The translations under genes were made by a program, and so were the position numbers. A stretch of DNA of 64,000 nt from Rebecca billardiae RCC1528 (taxonomy: Eukaryota > Protista > Haptophyta). Numbering within the stretch: the first letter of the stretch is position 1; the number at the start of each line of letters is the position of its first letter. The DNA is taken from NCBI GenBank assembly GCA_965240325.2, contig OZ251225.1, positions 496,001 through 560,000 on the forward strand, given 5' to 3'. Shown here in pieces: positions 58,311 to 64,000 of this stretch. The notes beneath the pieces are model-generated. The model made no database searches, was not told where the DNA came from, and saw nothing but the letters and a program-made list of their open reading frames with translations.

Positions 58311-58780
58311 TCACTCCATCGCCGAGCGGAAGCTCGACGCACCGTCTGGCGTCGACGCGCACGCGCCACCGCGGTGGTCGCGGTGCCACGCGTCGTCAGC
58401 CGTCGTCTCGAAGTAGTCGTCGTATGCAGCGCCCCCGCGGGCGCGTGCCCCCGGGCGCACGTGCGCCATGCGCGCGCGGGCGATGAGCATCTTGGCCTGG
58501 CCACGCAGGCAGCGCATGCCCAGCTCGCGCCGCATGGTGCCGAGCAGCGCGCGCTCGGCGGCGGGGCGCGAGGGCGCGCTGAGGCGCGCGCGCCACGTGT
58601 CCCGCCCCATCTTGGCGATCTTCTTGAGGGTGAGGTCCACCTCCGCGCTCCACTCGCCGAACGCCCCCACGACAATCGGGACGATCGCGGGGAAGGTGTC
58701 GAGCCGCGCCTCGTATGGGCCCACCTGGCCCTCAAGCGTGCCGTAGACCTCGCGGTCGAGGAGCTGCAGCTGCTTATATA
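58311..58780 (-). mobile_element. 5'-truncated non-LTR retrotransposon fragment (C-terminal restriction-like endonuclease region, CRE-like)
   Basis: VGPYEARLDTF..IVPIVVGAFGEWS..L..IA..RRELG..RGQAKMLIAR resembles the end of RLE-bearing LINE ORFs. It begins abruptly next to AT-rich DNA. Confidence 0.65.
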
Positions 58781-59973
58781 CCCGCAATTACTACCGCTAT
58801 TGAGCAGAAAGCAACGTCCGGCCGCGCCACTGGCGGAGCAAGGGCGGGCTGCTTGACAAGCTGGACTCCTCGGAGTGCTACCGTCGTAGCGTAGGACAGT
58901 ATTAGTCATTAGCTGTGACGTATCAGTCTACGTTGGGGGCGATGACACAGACTCCGCAGACCTCCCGAAGGGCTTACGGCTTACCCGATCGGAAATGCCT
59001 AGTAGTAATCAGTGTCACTCAGTGTGGACTGCGGCACGGACGACTGATGCGGCATTGCCCGCATTGGTCCGCGATATCGCCGCCGCGATCAGCCGTGCGG
59101 GATTCATCGGTCAGCCGTGCTGCCGTGGCGCATCCGTCACTATCAGCATTGGCGGCTGAATGAATCATTCAGTGATCAGTCGCGTGCCGCTTATAATTTA
59201 TAATTATAAGCATTTTTATAATACTACAACTGCCTTACGGCGCGGCACACCGTAGTCGACGTATGGCGTACTCGGATACTATCATAGCTTGCGATCCCGA
59301 TTCTGCGGATTCGCGGCACTTTCTTATTCTATATATATATATATAGTTTCTTTCTTCCTATCAAGCGCACGCTGCTGTCGGGAGTGCCGACCGGCGCTGA
59401 GCGGCAGACGACGTCGACAACTGTCGCCCGCGCCCCGCGTGCGCCTATTGAATCATGATACTCTACTGGCCGGTAGCGGTTATTATGTCAAAGTGTGAGC
59501 CTGAACTCGGCGGGCCGCAAGCTATGGTGCCAACTCAGGCAACTGGCCGCAATTATAGATTTTCAGATCGATCGGACACTGTCAGTAGACGTAGTCGCCG
59601 TTCGATTTAAAATTAAGAATCCGCCGGGCCGTTAATTAAATCCGTTATTAATATTAATTTAATAAGCCTTACGGTTAGTAATATATATACACGTCGCGAA
59701 GCCTCACAGCGTCACGGCTCAGAATGCGCGGAGCCATGGCAGCCAATGGGCATCATCATGGCACCGCGCCCGCGCGGGCCCTCGCGCGCCGAGTCCCGCC
59801 CGAGTGCCTGCCGCCTGCCGGCGGGCAGCGGTGAGCGGACGCGGTGATTGGTACTATGGTAGTACGGCTACCGTCTGAGCTAGGGCGCTCCCGAGTGACG
59901 ACACCAAGAAGCGCCCGACGGCGCGCACGCCCTGCCGTCCGGGCCGGGTGCAAGACCAAGACTGGCACGGCCG

Positions 59974-61167
59974 TCAGCACACCTCAAAGAGCCCAGCGGC
60001 GCCCATGCCCCCGCCGACGCACATGGTCACCACCACGTGCCTGGCGCCGCGCCGCTTGCCCTCGAGCAGAATGTGCCCGACCTGTCGGCTGCCCGTCATG
60101 CCGAACGGGTGGCCGATGGCGATCGATCCGCCGTTCACATTCAGCCGCTCGAGGGGGATGCCCAGCCGCTCCGCGCAGTACAGCGGCACCACGGCGAACG
60201 CCTCGTTCAGCTCCCAGAGGTCGATGTCGGCGACGCTCAGGCCGTGCCGCTGCAGGAGCCGCGGCACCGCGAGCACCGGGCCGATGCCCATCTCCTCGGG
60301 CGCGCAGCCGGCGACGGCGAATCCCTTGAAAATGCCTAGCGGCTGCGCACCACGCCGTGACGCCTCGGCCTCCGACATGACCACGCATGCCGACGCGCCG
60401 TCGGACAGTTGGCTCGCGTTGCCGGCGGTAATGGTCGCCGACGGATCCACGTCGGCGCGCACCGGGCTGAGACCGGCGATCGACTCGAGCGTCGTGCCGG
60501 GCCGGTTGCACTCGTCTTTGACCACGGTGTACGGCACGCGCGAGACCTCACCGGTCTCCTTGTTCTTCACCACCATCTCCGTCTCCATCGGCACGATCTC
60601 ATCGTCAAACTTGCCCGTGGCCTGCGCCTCGGCCGTGCGCCGCTGCGACTCGACAGCGTACGCGTCCTGGGCGGCGCGCGCGACGCCGTACCGTGCCGCG
60701 ACGTTGTCCGCCGTGTCGATCATGGGCATCCAGAGCTGCGGGCAGGACTGCTCAAGCATCGCCTCCTTCTCCGTCGTCTTGGCGACCACGGGCTGCACGA
60801 GGGAGATGGACTCGACGCCGCCGCCGACCGCGATGGGCACGCCATCGACCATGACGGCATGCGCCGCGTTCGCGATGGCCTGGAGACCCGACGAGCAGAA
60901 GCGGTTGATCGTAGTGGCGGAGGTGCTGAAGGGCATGCCCGCCCACACCGCACCGTTCCGTGCGACGTTGAATCCCGTCGCGCCCTCGGGGAAGCCGCAG
61001 CCGATGATGACATCCTCGACCTCGTCCGGCGCGACGCCTGCGCGAGCGACCGCATGCTTGATCACGTGACCCGTCAGCGCCGCACCGTGCGTCGCGTTGA
61101 AGCCGCCGCGGTACGACTTCGCCAGCCCAGTCCGGGCTGTGGACACGATGACCGCGCGGCCAGACAT
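59974..61167 (-). CDS. Acetyl-CoA C-acyltransferase (thiolase), bacterial-type
   Basis: NRFCSSGLQ (catalytic Cys), [36 protein letters not shown]; intronless, 397 aa. Confidence 0.97.
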   Translation of the reverse strand: MSGRAVIVSTARTGLAKSYRGGFNATHGAALTGHVIKHAVARAGVAPDEVEDVIIGCGFPEGATGFNVARNGAVWAGMPFSTSATTINRFCSSGLQAIANAAHAVMVDGVPIAVGGGVESISLVQPVVAKTTEKEAMLEQSCPQLWMPMIDTADNVAARYGVARAAQDAYAVESQRRTAEAQATGKFDDEIVPMETEMVVKNKETGEVSRVPYTVVKDECNRPGTTLESIAGLSPVRADVDPSATITAGNASQLSDGASACVVMSEAEASRRGAQPLGIFKGFAVAGCAPEEMGIGPVLAVPRLLQRHGLSVADIDLWELNEAFAVVPLYCAERLGIPLERLNVNGGSIAIGHPFGMTGSRQVGHILLEGKRRGARHVVVTMCVGGGMGAAGLFEVC

Positions 61168-61619
61168 GATCGTTGCAGCCTATAACCCCACGTCCACGGC
61201 CGCCGCCGTGTCGAACTGTACTGCTTCGTCACTTGCGTCAGCCGCTGCAGACCTCGGGCCGCCCGGTCCGGACGCTGCGCTTCAAAGGCGGAAAAATCAT
61301 CCCCGCGCTCAGTTTTGCTTTATTTTCCGTCGAGAAGCAGCTGTTGAAGCAGCAGGCGTCGTCGTCAGTACTGGTAGCTACTCAGCAGCGTCATTTTCTA
61401 GTTACATTATTAGCATAGAGTTCATAGACTCTAGTAGACTACTAGTTAGTTAGACTACCGTCGTTGATCATAGGTCGTTGATGTCACAGGCGCCGACGGC
61501 GCCTTGAACACCCGCCCGTCCGCGGCCGTCCCGCGGCGGTCAGCGTCCGGGTCAGGTCCGCCGTCCGCCGCAGTGCCAGTGTCCGCACCCCTGCGGCAGC
61601 CTGGAGGGGGTTGGCTCGC

Positions 61620-63310
61620 CTACCAGAGAGCGGCGTCTAGTACGAGCGACTTGTGTTTTCTGAGGTCGGATGAGAGTTCGGCGGGCCTGTGCGTCGGCGC
61701 CTTGTGGCTCGCCAGGCGGCTCGATTCCGTGTCGATCTGCGCAACGCACAGCAGCCCAGCGCGGCAGATCAAGCAAGTGTGCGAGCCATCGATGGGACAG
61801 ATGGCGGCGGCCGTTGAGTCACACCACGCACGCGCGACGCGCGGCCGAATGGCGAGGGGGTGGCGCCGGGGCCGGGGTGGGTGAGATCGGCCGTGCACTC
61901 GGCGGTAGCCGAGGCCGGACGCACCACGGCGCGTCGCGAGCGAGGGCGGGGGGGCGCACAACGCACCAGGTGCACGGAGCGGTCGAGCTCGACCAGAGCC
62001 TGCGTCACCTCCGCCGCTGAGATCTCGATCGCACCAGAGCGCTCGAGCGCGGCCGTGTCGTCCAGCCCCGCAGCGACTGGCTGCTGCCCGTCCTGAGTGA
62101 CCCACACGTGCCCCTTGATCTCGGGCAAGGTGATCCGCCTCTCCGGGTCCTTCTCGAGCATGCGCGAGAGCAGGTCGACGGCCGCCGGCGAGACGCGCGG
62201 GGGGGCGCCCGCGCCCGCGCCAAAGCTGGGCTGCTCAGAGCACACGCGCATCGAGAGCTCGTCGAGCGAGTCGGCCTCAAACGGCAGCTCGCCGAGCAGC
62301 AGCTCGTACACCGTGACGCCGAGGGACCACACGTCGGCAGCGCGGCCGGAGTACGCCTGCGCGTCACGCCGGAGCACCTCGGGCGGCGCGTACGCGGGCG
62401 TGCCGGGCGAGCCGACCGCCAGGTCGCTGCCGCCCTCCTCGCCCTCGGCCGACAGCCGCGAGACGCCAAAGTCGCAGATCAGGTACACGCCGTGCTCGTC
62501 GTCGTGCAGGATGTTCTCGGGCTTGACGTCGCGGTGGATGATGCTGTGGAAGTGCAGGTACTCCAGCCCAAGGAGCACGTCCACCAGGCAGCGCCGCACC
62601 TCCGGCTCCGGCAGCGGCGACGGCGGCGGCGGCGGCGGCGCGCCGCCCGCCGCGCCGCGCGCCGCCGCGGGCGCGTGCTTGAGCACCGGCCCGCCTCTCA
62701 CGTACTGCAGGACGAGGTACATCTTGTCCTGCCGCGGGTCGTCGATGATCTCGTGCAGCTGCACGATGTTCGGGTGCGACAGCTTCTTCATGATCGCCAC
62801 CTCGCGCAGCACATCCTCGAGCGCGTTCGAGAAGGCGCCGCGCTGCTCGTCAAAGTGGCGCTGCCGCTTGAGGAACGACTTCTTCACAATCTTGACGGCG
62901 AACTCGGAGCCCGTGCGCATGTCGACGGCGCGCTTGACCTTGCCGTACGTCCCGCGGCCGAGGACCTCGAGCAGCTCGTACTGGTGCACCGACTTGCGCT
63001 TCTTGCTCGTGCTCGCGCCGCCGCCGACGGGCGCGACCGCACCCGAGCGCACCGGCGTCCATGCTGGCGCGCCGCCCACGTCGTCATCGTCGACGTCCAG
63101 GTCGCGGTTGAAGCTGGGGAAGCTCGCGCGCGAGGTGCTGATTGCGCTCAGCTCGTTCGAACTCCACTTGTGCGCGTCCACCGCGAAGTGTCCGGAGCCG
63201 TGCTGTGCGGAGAAGGGCGAGGCGAAGCCCCAAAAGGGGCGCACGCTGCGCGTCCACGTGCGCGAGGGCGTGCGCGTCCCGAAAGGCGGGACGGCCACCG
63301 CGTGGGCCAC
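61620..63310 (-). CDS. Ser/Thr protein kinase, CaMKK/GRIK-like; probable intron 61966-61737; true start unresolved
   Basis: LGRGTYGKVK, AVK, REVAIMKKLSHPNIVQLHEIIDDP..DKMYLVL, HRDVKPEN, DFGVS, GTPAYAPPE, DVWSLG. A phase-0 GT..CAG intron leads to the last exon IDTESS..AALW*. Confidence 0.9.
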
Positions 63311-63777
63311 GCCCTCGGGCTTGGAGAATGGGTTGCCCGTGGTTGCGCACTCGGGAGCAGCCGGCGGGCGCGCGCTGGCACTTGCGCACGCCTCGCACGC
63401 CCCTGGAGCTGCGCCCGGTGGGCAACTTGCCAGATGGGCAGGCGACAGTGCGCGCCCACCTTACTTACTGATGCTTCTCGCTCACCGATCAGTAAACTTT
63501 ATACTGTAATCGTACCTTGATGAGTGTATCATACGTAGTAGTATTGGAGCATCGCTTTATTCTGTTCCAAATTGATCCGCGGCGCATTCGTCGTATAAAG
63601 CGATCCGGGATCAAGGGCGCGTCAAGTCAAAGATGCGGACATGCGGTGTGCCGTGTGCGTGCGCAGTTCACTGTCAGCAGATGACAATTGTATTAGTGTA
63701 ATAGTAGCAGCGCGATCGAGGTTGCACGATGGCGGCATCGGGCCATCCGTGCGCCAGTTGAGAGGCCAGGCCAAGGC

Positions 63778-64000
63778 ATGGGGAGTACGGTGCCCGCGCG
63801 CATGGGCGCGCTGTACGCCACCCTCGCAGCCCAGCCGCGCGCGCTCTTCGCGACCCACAACATCATGGACGGGCTGCGACTGCGCTCGCTCCTGCGCCAC
63901 TACGCCGACCTCAGACCGTACAGCGTGGTGGCGCTCTGCATCCAGGAGAACAAGCCTGGGCACGCTGAGCAGATCGCCGACACCCTCGGCCAAGGCTATC
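63778..64000 (+). CDS. Partial endonuclease/exonuclease/phosphatase (EEP) family protein, runs off window
   Basis: Open frame MGSTVPARMGALYATLAAQPRALFATHNIMDG..VVALCIQE; TxN and xQE are the first two EEP motifs. Confidence 0.6.
   Translation, partial: MGSTVPARMGALYATLAAQPRALFATHNIMDGLRLRSLLRHYADLRPYSVVALCIQENKPGHAEQIADTLGQGY

Overview
Very GC-rich eukaryotic nuclear DNA from an alga with a red-type secondary plastid. A fucoxanthin-chlorophyll a/c antenna gene, bipartite plastid presequences, short GT-AG introns and compact head-to-head gene pairs suggest a haptophyte (inference). About 17 protein-coding genes can be supported. In order: a ~2000-aa multidomain chromatin protein (PHD/SET/CXXC/ELM2/AP2/chromo), a ZCCHC8-like PSP protein, a glycosyltransferase, a Cys-repeat membrane protein, a WD40-like protein, an NCKX-type exchanger, a TauD dioxygenase, an SLC25 carrier, a BART-START fusion, an MZT2-like microprotein, an Lhcf antenna protein, a plastid hypothetical protein, an HDEL-ended torsin, a giant surface protein, a bacterial-type thiolase, a CaMKK-like kinase and a partial EEP-family gene. 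The giant protein (~7500 aa, 34900-57714) dominates the window. It has a ~4250-residue Ser-Pro3 rod fused to Cys-paired repeats, IPT/TIG, REJ, EGF, a GPS-like motif and several TM helices, i.e. an extensin-like stalk on a polycystin-1-like base. Intergenic DNA holds at least four non-autonomous DNA transposons with identifiable TIRs and TSDs, including a 1.1-kb foldback with 403-bp arms. It also holds a LINE fragment, a dispersed repeat and a long hairpin. Most other long ORFs in the track are GC-driven shadow frames. All homology calls come from motif recognition by eye; no searches were run.
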